Source of the DNA: a virus
Taxonomy: Duplodnaviria; Caudoviricetes
IMG/VR virus record: IMGVR_UViG_3300004241_000049
Span: 1 to 25,198 of that record
DNA length: 25,198 nt
Strand: one strand, 5' to 3'
Shown: positions 16,328 to 24,566 of the stretch, piece by piece
Layout: each line of letters begins with the position of its first letter
Numbering within the stretch: position 1 is the first letter of the stretch
Program-made: the position numbers and the translations under genes
Notes under the pieces: generated by a model
What the model was told of the DNA's origin: nothing
Seen by the model: the letters and a program-made list of their open reading frames with translations, nothing else
Database searches by the model: none

Positions 16328-16692
16328 CTTACAAGCCCTCCAAAGTTGGAACAATACGATTTTACGCTTACGATGCGATTAAGCATGTAGCGCAAAAGCG
16401 TTTCGTCATCAGCATCTGAATGCGCGGCCTTGACCGCTTCAAACAGGTCAATCAATTCTCCGCAAAGCTCGGCAATGGACGTGGGGGTTGCATCGCCGCT
16501 CGGCGGGATGGAATAATTTACGCTTGCGCCATTTGCGCTTGTGCCCGTCAAATAAAGGCCGCTTGACGATGACTTTAAGCGGCTTTGCGCGGCTTGCTTA
16601 AGCGCCAAAGACAGGGATACGGCATTATCTTCTGCGCTCCAAGCAATGTTGCGCAGGAAGATTCTTTTGTATTTCGATGACAGGTTCCCCAT
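16324..16692 (-). CDS. Putative head completion/adaptor protein (gpW position, 122 aa)
   Basis: Small gene immediately before a lambda-type portal; helix, beta-hairpin (TGTSANGASVNYS), helix layout. Confidence 0.55.
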   Translation of the reverse strand: MGNLSSKYKRIFLRNIAWSAEDNAVSLSLALKQAAQSRLKSSSSGLYLTGTSANGASVNYSIPPSGDATPTSIAELCGELIDLFEAVKAAHSDADDETLLRYMLNRIVSVKSYCSNFGGLVR

Positions 16693-16701
16693 GTGAGCCC
16701 C

Positions 16702-16780
16702 ATCATAAGCGATTTTTTATTTTCCCGCATTGGAGTTTTTTCTAGTTTTTTCTAATTTTTTGAAGTTTTTTGAAGTTTTT
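16702..16780 (-). promoter_or_regulatory. Putative activator-dependent late promoter with five 10-bp tandem repeats
   Basis: -10-like TATGAT (16707-16702), poor -35 (ATGCGG), and repeats AAAAACTTCA x2, AAAAATTAGA, AAAAACTAGA, AAAAACTCCA at 16780-16731. Confidence 0.55.
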
Positions 16781-16950
16781 GAAAAAGGCCGCGCGTCGGT
16801 CTGTCGAATGAACTCAATAATTTCGCTCACATATCCAGACCCACCAAATACGGGTGCGCCCATTTTTTTTAATTTATAAATATAAGTCGGGCAGCGCCCT
16901 ATTTCCGCCGCAAGCTCGCTTACGCTTAAAAGTTTTTCTCCGAATTTCAT
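16717..16950 (-). CDS. Small helix-turn-helix DNA-binding protein (77 aa; start reassigned to ATG 16950)
   Basis: LLSVSELAAEIGRCPTYIYKLKKMGAP is a Xis/Nu1/MerR-type HTH pattern; ATGA overlap with the terminase stop. Confidence 0.75.
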   Translation of the reverse strand: MKFGEKLLSVSELAAEIGRCPTYIYKLKKMGAPVFGGSGYVSEIIEFIRQTDARPFSKTSKNFKKLEKTRKNSNAGK

Positions 16951-18761
16951 TTTGAATCCTTGCTCTTTGTTGTTTCTGTCGCTTTTAAAAATCCTAAATA
17001 CATTGCAACCGCTATACTCATGCATTCGCAGTCGAAGATGTGGTTTGGCCATCGCGAATTGCGCAACACCCATTGCTGAGACACTTTGCCCGTCCTCGGG
17101 TCGGCCACGCGCCGCTTATACTCGCCGTCGAGATGCCTGAAATATTCATCCGTCGCATATTCTTTTGCGACACCCCACGGCACGGGTGCCGTATCTCTAT
17201 CGCGCAGACGGGCCAGCGTGTCTTTTATGCGCGGATTGCTCCACCGCAGTTCAGCGATGTTTTTTTTGCCCTGCTCTTTTGTGCCTATCATAGGGTCAAA
17301 CACCCTGATGTTGTAGGGCACCTGCACGCGCTTTTTATTTGGCCATGTTTCGCGAATATCGCCGCGGCATGCAAACCAACCGTAACGCGCGCATTCGGCA
17401 TAAACCTCAGCGGCCTCAAAGCCGCTGTCTAAACCCACAAACTTAACGTCGGATTTCTGCTCCTGCTCGCGCAGGTCTTCGTAGCTGTCGGCGCGCCCCC
17501 AGCGCAACAAGATACTTGCGCCGCTCGCTTGCCATTCCCTAATCACAAACCAAAAGTGGTCTTTCTGGACGTCTACAGTCATGATACGCGCAGAACCCTT
17601 TGGCGCGGCTTCTGAAACTTCGGCGATGACAAGCTCTTTATGTGCCGCGCTTCCGCCTTCATACTGCCCCATGTCAGGCTCTGCGCATACGGAGTTGAGA
17701 TAGTCTCTGAGACCGTCGAGACTTTTCTTAGCCTTTAAAAACTCATTGGCCAAGACGCCCCAACCTGCTTGCTTCCAAGGGGCGTAAAACGTGGGCAGGT
17801 GGTAGCTGCGAACTTTGGGGTCGCAATAATCTGCATTTGTTGGGCGCCATTGTCCGCCCCTATTCATCTGCATTTTGTAGCGCTCGGTAATCTTGCCTTT
17901 GCAATGGGGGCATTCAAAATGAGCGGTCTTCGCAACCATTTCCTTATCCCATTCTCCGTTTGGGCGCTTTGCGGCAGGGTCCCAACAAAGCTTGGCTTCA
18001 TAGCCGCGCTTTTTAAAGGCGCTCTTATCGGGGTTGAGCGTTAAGACAATATGCTCGCCGCAAAACGGGCACGGCACAAACCAACGGCGTTGATCGCCGT
18101 TTAAAAATTCTTGCCAAATCTCACCGTCCCAAATTGTGGGCGTCGAGCTCATCAAAATTTTAGGCTCCGCAAAAGTGCGGGTGCGCTGTATGGCAAGCGC
18201 AATCGCGTTGGCTTCGCGAGATGTCTGCTGCTTGAATTTGTCAACCTCGTCAAGGATAAGCAGCCGCACGGGGCGACTTGAAAGATTCGCGGGGGAATTG
18301 GAACCCACAAGCGTCAATATGCAGGAGTCAAAATTCATCTCCGTCTTTTTGATTGCGAAACGGCTTTTCGGCTTTAGCTCCTGAATGTCGGGCGATGAAA
18401 ACAAAAACGGCTGCAAGCGTGATTCACTGAAAGCTGCGGCAAGCTGCTTATTGGGCATAACCCACATTGCCGGAGAGGGCTCATGCGCCAAGAACCACCC
18501 AAGCCCCGCCATGTCGCTTTGCGTCTTGGCCGTCTGGGCCCCGAAGCATTTGACCACACGCTCGACTTCAAAGTCCGAAAACAGGTTGATGATTTCGCGC
18601 ACATATGGCGTGATGGATGTCGAGTAGCGCCCCGCCGTGCCGCTGGCTATCGTAGAGAGTGAATACTGCCCCTCCGCCCAATCGACAACGCTTTGCTCCG
18701 GACGCGGTTTAAAGACGCCCGCAAGCGCGTCGATGAAATCTACTTTTTGAGCTTTTCGCAT
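16947..18761 (-). CDS. terL: Terminase large subunit, lambda gpA family (likely start ATG 18761)
   Basis: TPY, Walker A-like GAQTAKT, LSSRPVRLLILDEVD, STPT, GDQRRWFVPCPFCG, nuclease TVDVQ and NHIFDC motifs. Confidence 0.95.
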   Translation of the reverse strand: MRKAQKVDFIDALAGVFKPRPEQSVVDWAEGQYSLSTIASGTAGRYSTSITPYVREIINLFSDFEVERVVKCFGAQTAKTQSDMAGLGWFLAHEPSPAMWVMPNKQLAAAFSESRLQPFLFSSPDIQELKPKSRFAIKKTEMNFDSCILTLVGSNSPANLSSRPVRLLILDEVDKFKQQTSREANAIALAIQRTRTFAEPKILMSSTPTIWDGEIWQEFLNGDQRRWFVPCPFCGEHIVLTLNPDKSAFKKRGYEAKLCWDPAAKRPNGEWDKEMVAKTAHFECPHCKGKITERYKMQMNRGGQWRPTNADYCDPKVRSYHLPTFYAPWKQAGWGVLANEFLKAKKSLDGLRDYLNSVCAEPDMGQYEGGSAAHKELVIAEVSEAAPKGSARIMTVDVQKDHFWFVIREWQASGASILLRWGRADSYEDLREQEQKSDVKFVGLDSGFEAAEVYAECARYGWFACRGDIRETWPNKKRVQVPYNIRVFDPMIGTKEQGKKNIAELRWSNPRIKDTLARLRDRDTAPVPWGVAKEYATDEYFRHLDGEYKRRVADPRTGKVSQQWVLRNSRWPNHIFDCECMSIAVAMYLGFLKATETTKSKDSK

Positions 18762-19321
18762 ATCTCTTGAATTTGATTGAGGGTTTCGTTTGACCATACC
18801 TTAAGCTCGGCCTTGGCGTGCGTGGGGTCTTGCGGGTTGACCTTAAGGGCGATGTTCGCGGCCATGTCCTTTATGCGGCGGCCAAGCGGGGATAAAATCT
18901 CAAGGCAGATGCGCTTCGCCTCCGACATTTCAACAAGCTCGGCCTTAACCTTGCGTAATTCAAGTTCGCGCAGTTCGAGCGACACTCTGAGCTCTTTCTT
19001 GCGCAAGTCCGAAAACGTTTCGCCTTCATCGGTGCCGGCAGTAAGGTCGGCGGGTTCCTGTCTTCCCGAACCGATAAGCTTGCCGTTTTCTAGGGCCCAC
19101 TTCTTGACGGCTTCAATATCCCACCGCCCGTTTGCGCGCGGCTTGGGGAAATCCTTGTGCTCTTCACGCCATCTGCGTATCGTTATACGTTCACATCCCA
19201 AGGTCGCGGCAAGTTCCGTTTGGTTTTTTGCGGTAGAGATGACGGCATGCATAGAGGGCTTCTTTGCCGTAGTTTTAACTTTATCTGGCCCCGCAGCTTT
19301 TTTTGATTTCATTTTCTTCAT
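18740..19321 (-). CDS. terS: Terminase small subunit, Nu1-like (193 aa)
   Basis: N-terminal wHTH NQTELAATLGCERITIRRW...GRWDIEAVKKW, coiled coil ELRELELRKVKAELV; overlaps the terL start. Confidence 0.85.
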   Translation of the reverse strand: MKKMKSKKAAGPDKVKTTAKKPSMHAVISTAKNQTELAATLGCERITIRRWREEHKDFPKPRANGRWDIEAVKKWALENGKLIGSGRQEPADLTAGTDEGETFSDLRKKELRVSLELRELELRKVKAELVEMSEAKRICLEILSPLGRRIKDMAANIALKVNPQDPTHAKAELKVWSNETLNQIQEICEKLKK

Positions 19322-19598
19322 TGTAATTCCTCAACTTTTTATTCAACCGCTCTTGTGTTCGCGTGAAACAAAAACTTTTTTGCCTCACATAACAAAAAAC
19401 GCCTCCTGCGCGGCACCTGCTTCGCGATTACCTTCAAATAGATTCCTTTAAACCCGACGTTAGGCCCACCCCCTAATCGCGTTTCTACATGGCTTATTTC
19501 GCCTTCTGTGGGTTTAAAATGCATTAGGGCATATCCAACTACCCCTTGGAGCATTGAAATGCGTTTAAGGGCGATTCTTAAGCCTCTTACTTTGGCGT

Positions 19599-20034
19599 GG
19601 ATGTTTGGTAGCGAGCGCACCCGCAGGGTGTAGCGCGAAGCGTTAACCAAACATCCAGAGCCAAGAAATCTCCGGATGTTTACCTTAACATCCAAACTAT
19701 TTACGTTGGATATTATATATATCCCTACGGGATATATAATATCCATGTAAATACGCGCACGCATACGCGCATACGCGTGAGGATGTTTTGGATGTTTATT
19801 TTTGGATGTCAGAAACCCGCATGAATAAAGGGTTGGATGTCTTCCCGATTTTTGGATGTTAGCGTTAGACATCCAAACTTTTGGATGTTTGGGCTGGCAT
19901 CCAAAACCAATTTTAACATCCAAATGCCCGCAAACCCGCATGGTTGAGGCAAACCCAAACATCCAAACGCTTAACCATGCGGGTTTGGATGCCATTTTTT
20001 CATTTTGGATGCCAGAATTTTGGTCTAAACATCC
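19599..20034. repeat. Iteron- and palindrome-rich non-coding region, putative replication origin
   Basis: 17 copies of GGATG[T/C] in both orientations counted by eye; AT-rich palindrome 19707-19745; ATACGCGC-type repeats 19751-19777; perfect 15-bp inverted repeat 19931-19945/19973-19987. Directly downstream of the primase-helicase. Confidence 0.75.
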
Positions 20035-20048
20035 GGAGGTTTTTGCGC

Positions 20049-22040
20049 TTACCATGATAGAGCTCCTTGATATTTTTTTGTGTCTCTGTCTAAAATCAAC
20101 TTACCGTTATCAAGCAAAACTCGACGAATGTTGTCGGCTTTTTTATCAGTAATATCTTCGCCTAAGGCCCCGCCGCAGATGTCTTTTATCTGAGCGATAA
20201 GGGCGTCATAATCACATGGGGGTAGGCTTTCCCATCCTTGCCCGTCATACTTACTTGGACGGCGCTTTTTGACGTCTATGGGGGCATCCGGCTTATCCGC
20301 CTTATCCCAAAAAATTGCGCCGTTTTCGCCCTGCTTCAGGTATATAGTGGGGTTACATTCGGCGCGCTTTCCGCGCTTTGAATATGTAAAATCATAGACC
20401 TTTTCATTGTCCTTGTTTTGAAAAATGGTCGAGGCCGCACGCACATAATTGGTGAGCTCACTTGAACCTGTGCCGGCATAGCTAAGGGCGTTGCCGGAGG
20501 CCTCCTCATCCTTGCCCCTGGGCTTGCCCGTATGGTGCATGATGATAAGCCCCATTTGGTAGCGCTGTATGATGGGATGCACGGTATTGCGTAAGAATGC
20601 CGAGCACACATCCTGCTTAGAAATGTCTCCGCCTATATAAGAAAGTAACGGGTCAACGATAACAATGTCGGGGTGTAAATCTTTTGCGACTCTCTCGAGC
20701 AAGCGCCCGAAGTTTTTGCCGCATTCAGAGCTGTTCGGATACACGGAGAAATTCCCCTGTAATATCTTTTCGTCGGCCTTTGTGAGCTCTAAATTTTCAC
20801 AAATGGAGCGCAGGGGTTCGACCAAATCGAGCTTGTTATTTTCAGCCTGGATGATTGCCACTTTAAGCGGCTTGACGGGCTTTAAGCCCCACAAATCGCG
20901 GCCAAGCGCAAAGAGCACCGCCATTTGCATTGCAAGCACGCTTTTCCCCACGCCGGACTGCGCTACGATAAGCCAAGACCCCTCACGCGTCAAAAAGCGA
21001 TCGCCCAATAAATTGTCCGATTTGTCCTCAGGCGGCGTATTGATAAGGTCTTCAAAGGTAAGCTTCGTAAAGTCAAAATCGTTTGCCTTGATTTCCGCCT
21101 CCCAGTCCGCCCAAGACGCGCAGCCTTCATTTGTAGATATTAAAAACTGTTTGCGACCTCCGCGCGTTACGCCGGGCAACCGCGATAATCTGCTCGGGTT
21201 TTTACAAGCCTTGTCTACGATAAACTTTTCGCGCTCCAATGCCCCGAAGAGATACGCCACACGCTCTTTATAGAGCTTTAAATCTTCGCCCGCGTCAATT
21301 TTGACAATGGCGTGAACAGACTTTCCGCCGCTGTTGACTATGGCCGCACAGGGCAAACGCAAGCGGCGTATGGTGGCGAGTTGCGCTTCAATGTCCATGC
21401 CGTCAGATTCGACCAAGCAATGGCGCAAATCTAAAACATCTTCATTCTTTGAGCCGCCGCCGTCCTTGACGGGGTTAAAGCGTATCCACGCGCCCGCCTC
21501 CTTTTTATAGTCGCCCAAAGCGTAGGTTATGTCCTCATACTTTTGCAAGTCGCCCACAAGCTCCGCCACGTTGCGCGTAACGCCTTTTGAGGCGGGCAGC
21601 CATTTGCCTTCGCGCTCATAAGCGTCGACAACATAGTTGACGTTTTCGCCGTCTTTAAAGACCGCCTTTAAGTAGCGTATTAAATCCGTGTTGCCGAATA
21701 TCGCGGCGATTTTGGGCGCGGTGTCGCCCGCAAGGACAATCACGTCGCCCCAATCATAGGCTTGCCCCGCGTATGGGTCAAAGCCGTCCGCCCTCGCCCA
21801 TTCCACAAGGCTCCCCATGCCGAGGGTTGAGCCCGCGGAAGCAAAGGTCTTCCACTTCGCTTCACACGCCCCCGCTTTATATTTTGGGCTTTGGCGGCTC
21901 CATTCGTCCCATACCGCGCAATCGGCCCCGCCATGAAATAGCGCCATCCCGACGGCAAGCCAATCTTCATAAGCGTCTGCACGGCTCGCCGACAGGCGCG
22001 GGAGGATTTCTTTTATTAAATCTAAATTTTCGCTTGTCAT
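20049..22040 (-). CDS. Primase-helicase (PriCT-2-like N-terminus, primase-like core, RepA/AAA_25-type helicase; 663 aa)
   Basis: YEDWLAVGMAL...WDEWSRQSPKY (PriCT-2); LVESD, SGGKSVHA, DKACKNPSRLSRLPG (primase-like); AQSGVGKS Walker A, IVIVDP Walker B, HHTGK, GSS. Confidence 0.9.
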   Translation of the reverse strand: MTSENLDLIKEILPRLSASRADAYEDWLAVGMALFHGGADCAVWDEWSRQSPKYKAGACEAKWKTFASAGSTLGMGSLVEWARADGFDPYAGQAYDWGDVIVLAGDTAPKIAAIFGNTDLIRYLKAVFKDGENVNYVVDAYEREGKWLPASKGVTRNVAELVGDLQKYEDITYALGDYKKEAGAWIRFNPVKDGGGSKNEDVLDLRHCLVESDGMDIEAQLATIRRLRLPCAAIVNSGGKSVHAIVKIDAGEDLKLYKERVAYLFGALEREKFIVDKACKNPSRLSRLPGVTRGGRKQFLISTNEGCASWADWEAEIKANDFDFTKLTFEDLINTPPEDKSDNLLGDRFLTREGSWLIVAQSGVGKSVLAMQMAVLFALGRDLWGLKPVKPLKVAIIQAENNKLDLVEPLRSICENLELTKADEKILQGNFSVYPNSSECGKNFGRLLERVAKDLHPDIVIVDPLLSYIGGDISKQDVCSAFLRNTVHPIIQRYQMGLIIMHHTGKPRGKDEEASGNALSYAGTGSSELTNYVRAASTIFQNKDNEKVYDFTYSKRGKRAECNPTIYLKQGENGAIFWDKADKPDAPIDVKKRRPSKYDGQGWESLPPCDYDALIAQIKDICGGALGEDITDKKADNIRRVLLDNGKLILDRDTKKYQGALSW

Positions 22041-22043
22041 AAA

Positions 22044-23603
22044 TTAAAAGCTTACGGTTTTATAATAAGGCCTTCTCCACCCGTTTGCGGCTATGGCGCC
22101 TATGGCGGCACTCGCAGCGTCAAAGCTCCAGTTGCCCACATCCTTGTAGCCGTAGGGCTGCAAAATTTTCATCTGTTTGGGGGTGCATAGTCCCGCTTCT
22201 CGCCTTTGCGTCATGCGGTCTAAAATCTTGCACGCATAGCCCTTGTTAGGGATGGTGCTTGCGTCAAAGCCGTTCTTCTCAAGCAGGGCTATTTGCGCGG
22301 CAGATGCCGGCGCAAGCTCCCACGGCATCTCGGGTTCATAATCCTGCAAATCGTCGTCATGCACACTCAGGGCGTATTGTAGCGGATCAAGCAGCCTGCC
22401 GTTTTTGGTGGAGAGGTTTTTAAACCTGTCCGCAAGGGCGCTTTCACGCTGAGTTCGTATTTCGTTATTTGCGCTTTCCTCAAGCTCAAGCAGCTCCATT
22501 TGCGCGCCGCAACCCTTTTGCTCTGAGATTTCGCGCATCTTGACGGCTGTCTCGGCCTTAGGCGCAATCAGGTGCGCAGCATGGCAAAGGTCATGTTTTG
22601 CGCTGTGCCACAAGAAGTCCAAAACCAATAAATTCTCTTTGCCGGCAAGGGGTCTTGTTCCGCGCCCTATTATTTGAGTGTAAAGCGCCCTGCTCTTTGT
22701 GGGGCGTAGGCACACCACGCAGTCAATGCTCGGCTCATCAAAGCCCTCCGTCAAAAGCATTGAGTTGCAAAGCACGTCAATGTCTCCGCGTTCAAATCGT
22801 TTTAAAATCTCGCGCCGGTCTTCGCTTTTGCCGTCGATATGCTCGGCGCGTAGGCCGCGGGCTTTAAGCAACTCCGTCATGCGCTCAGACGTCGCTATCA
22901 GCGGCAAAAATATCAGCGTCTTTCTGTCTTGGGGTATCTTTGCCGCTATGCTTTCCAAATATGGCTCCAAAGCCGTGCCCAGCTCTCCGGCGTCATAATC
23001 CCCCGCTTTTACATGGACGTTCCCCAAGTCGATTTTAAGCGGTATGGTCTCGCAGACGATTTTGCTTAGGTAGCCGTCTTGTATTGCCGCGCGCATTGAA
23101 TATTCAAATGCTATGCTCTCAAATACCGCGCCGAGGTTCTTCTTGTCTCCCCTGTCGGGGGTTGCAGTAACGCCAAGCACCTTTGCGCCGTTCCAGTAGT
23201 CTAAAATATTTTGATAAGAGCTGCTCAAAGCATGATGTGCCTCGTCTATTATTATTGTGCCGTAATAATCGCGCGCAAAACGTTCCAAGCGGCTTTGTCG
23301 CATGAGGGTTTGCACGCTGCCGCACGTGATGTTAAAATAGCTCCCCAGGGCTGTTTCTTCGGCCTTTTCTATGGCACAGTCAAGGCCGCAAGCGCGGTTC
23401 AACTTGTCGGCGGCTTGTCGTATAAGCTCATCCCTGTGCGCCAGTATCAACACGCGCTCCCGCTGCGCGCATTGCGCCGCAACATTTGAGAATACCACGG
23501 TCTTGCCCGTGCCGGTAGGCAACACCAGCAAAGTGCGTTTAAACTCCTTCCACGCGGCAAAAATCGCGTCTACCGATTGCTCTTGATAGGGTCTAAGTTT
23601 CAT
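22044..23603 (-). CDS. Superfamily 2 DEAD/DEAH-box helicase (519 aa)
   Basis: LRPYQ, PTGTGKT, LAHRDEL, IIDEAHH, TATPDR, LTEGFD, QIIGRGTR. Confidence 0.95.
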   Translation of the reverse strand: MKLRPYQEQSVDAIFAAWKEFKRTLLVLPTGTGKTVVFSNVAAQCAQRERVLILAHRDELIRQAADKLNRACGLDCAIEKAEETALGSYFNITCGSVQTLMRQSRLERFARDYYGTIIIDEAHHALSSSYQNILDYWNGAKVLGVTATPDRGDKKNLGAVFESIAFEYSMRAAIQDGYLSKIVCETIPLKIDLGNVHVKAGDYDAGELGTALEPYLESIAAKIPQDRKTLIFLPLIATSERMTELLKARGLRAEHIDGKSEDRREILKRFERGDIDVLCNSMLLTEGFDEPSIDCVVCLRPTKSRALYTQIIGRGTRPLAGKENLLVLDFLWHSAKHDLCHAAHLIAPKAETAVKMREISEQKGCGAQMELLELEESANNEIRTQRESALADRFKNLSTKNGRLLDPLQYALSVHDDDLQDYEPEMPWELAPASAAQIALLEKNGFDASTIPNKGYACKILDRMTQRREAGLCTPKQMKILQPYGYKDVGNWSFDAASAAIGAIAANGWRRPYYKTVSF

Positions 23604-23608
23604 GTCTT

Positions 23609-24034
23609 TTACACGTCAACTCTTTCTATTTTAATAGAAATTTTACCCGTCGGAGCCCAAAATTTTGAGGTTTCTTTTACGCAAACTTGGCTGTCATCCT
23701 GCCAAAACTGTAAGCGCGTAAGCACGTCAATCAGACTTTTTTCAAGGTTGTCTAAGTCGGGGCGCGTAATGTGCGGAACGATAGACCCCGTCTTTGTAAT
23801 GCTCTTTTTTTCGCTCTTACGGTATGGGTAAAACCACTTTACCGATAGCTTCAAGCCCCCCTGCATAGGCGCGCATGGCTTATGTTTGTAAAAGAGAGCC
23901 GTAAGTGTATCTTCGGCATCCTTAACTTTCTTCTTTTTAAAAAAACGAATCTTGCCGCCACAAATAAACGCGCCCTTTTGTTGCGCTGTTGCCGTGGGCG
24001 GCAGCATATCTATTGTAAAACTAATTTCATTCAT
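23609..24034 (-). CDS. rusA: RusA-family Holliday junction resolvase (start ATG 24034 or 24043)
   Basis: RPDLDNLEKSLIDVL...WQDDSQV catalytic signature. Confidence 0.9.
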   Translation of the reverse strand: MNEISFTIDMLPPTATAQQKGAFICGGKIRFFKKKKVKDAEDTLTALFYKHKPCAPMQGGLKLSVKWFYPYRKSEKKSITKTGSIVPHITRPDLDNLEKSLIDVLTRLQFWQDDSQVCVKETSKFWAPTGKISIKIERVDV

Positions 24035-24198
24035 AGCTTCCATATCTTCAAGTCTTTAAATGTTACTGCAAAAGTGAGGGCGGCGGCGGCGAGCCAGTAG
24101 AGGCAAAGGCGGAGGTCTTTATCCGCCACCAGATAGACCAACCCCGCGCACACGTCTAAAACGATTAAAACAGTCGGGAACAGTTGAGATGCGGTCAT
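24031..24198 (-). CDS. Small two-helix membrane protein (55 aa; start reassigned to ATG 24198)
   Basis: LFPTVLIVLDVCAGLVYLV and LCLYWLAAAALTFAVTF hydrophobic segments; fits between its neighbours. Confidence 0.65.
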   Translation of the reverse strand: MTASQLFPTVLIVLDVCAGLVYLVADKDLRLCLYWLAAAALTFAVTFKDLKIWKL

Positions 24199-24200
24199 AT

Positions 24201-24566
24201 TTAATCTTTCCACTTTATTATTACGCCGGTAAATGGCCGCCCGTATTTTTCGTTGAAGAATGTCAAGAAATTGCAGGCGTTTGAAAAACCATCGGCTTTT
24301 GCCAAAGCCTCAACCTCGGCGGCAAATAACTGTTTCCCGTCTACAAATACGCGATAGTCCTCTCCATCGCCCCAGATCGCGATTTCCGAGACGCCCGTGC
24401 AGACGGTTTCTCTCAACAGCATACATCCGGGCGTTCTTTGCCCCGTATACAATGTGAGCTTGTCTCCCTGCCTAATTTGCCTTTTCCCTTTGCGTAACTT
24501 GCGTATTGTTTGGCGCTTTGTCCCGTCGAGAACTTTATCAACAAAGACTGTAAAATTTAGTGTCAT
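24201..24566 (-). CDS. ASCH/PUA-like domain protein (121 aa)
   Basis: VLDGTKRQTIR (GxKxxxxR), GDKL, and LAKADGF...FF motifs of ASCH domains. Confidence 0.75.
   Translation of the reverse strand: MTLNFTVFVDKVLDGTKRQTIRKLRKGKRQIRQGDKLTLYTGQRTPGCMLLRETVCTGVSEIAIWGDGEDYRVFVDGKQLFAAEVEALAKADGFSNACNFLTFFNEKYGRPFTGVIIKWKD

Noticed and set aside
19599-20034. CRISPR array, or a decoy array of FokI sites (GGATG)
   Set aside because: Repeats are 6-9 bp, irregularly spaced and in both orientations, with no cas genes. The match to the FokI site is likely coincidental given the longer consensus and position next to the primase.
19339-20055. 238-aa minus-strand ORF and 98-aa plus-strand ORF over the repeat region
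   Set aside because: The translations just echo the DNA repeats (LDV, KHP, GCL, ARMRAR) and show no protein-like features; better explained as a non-coding origin.
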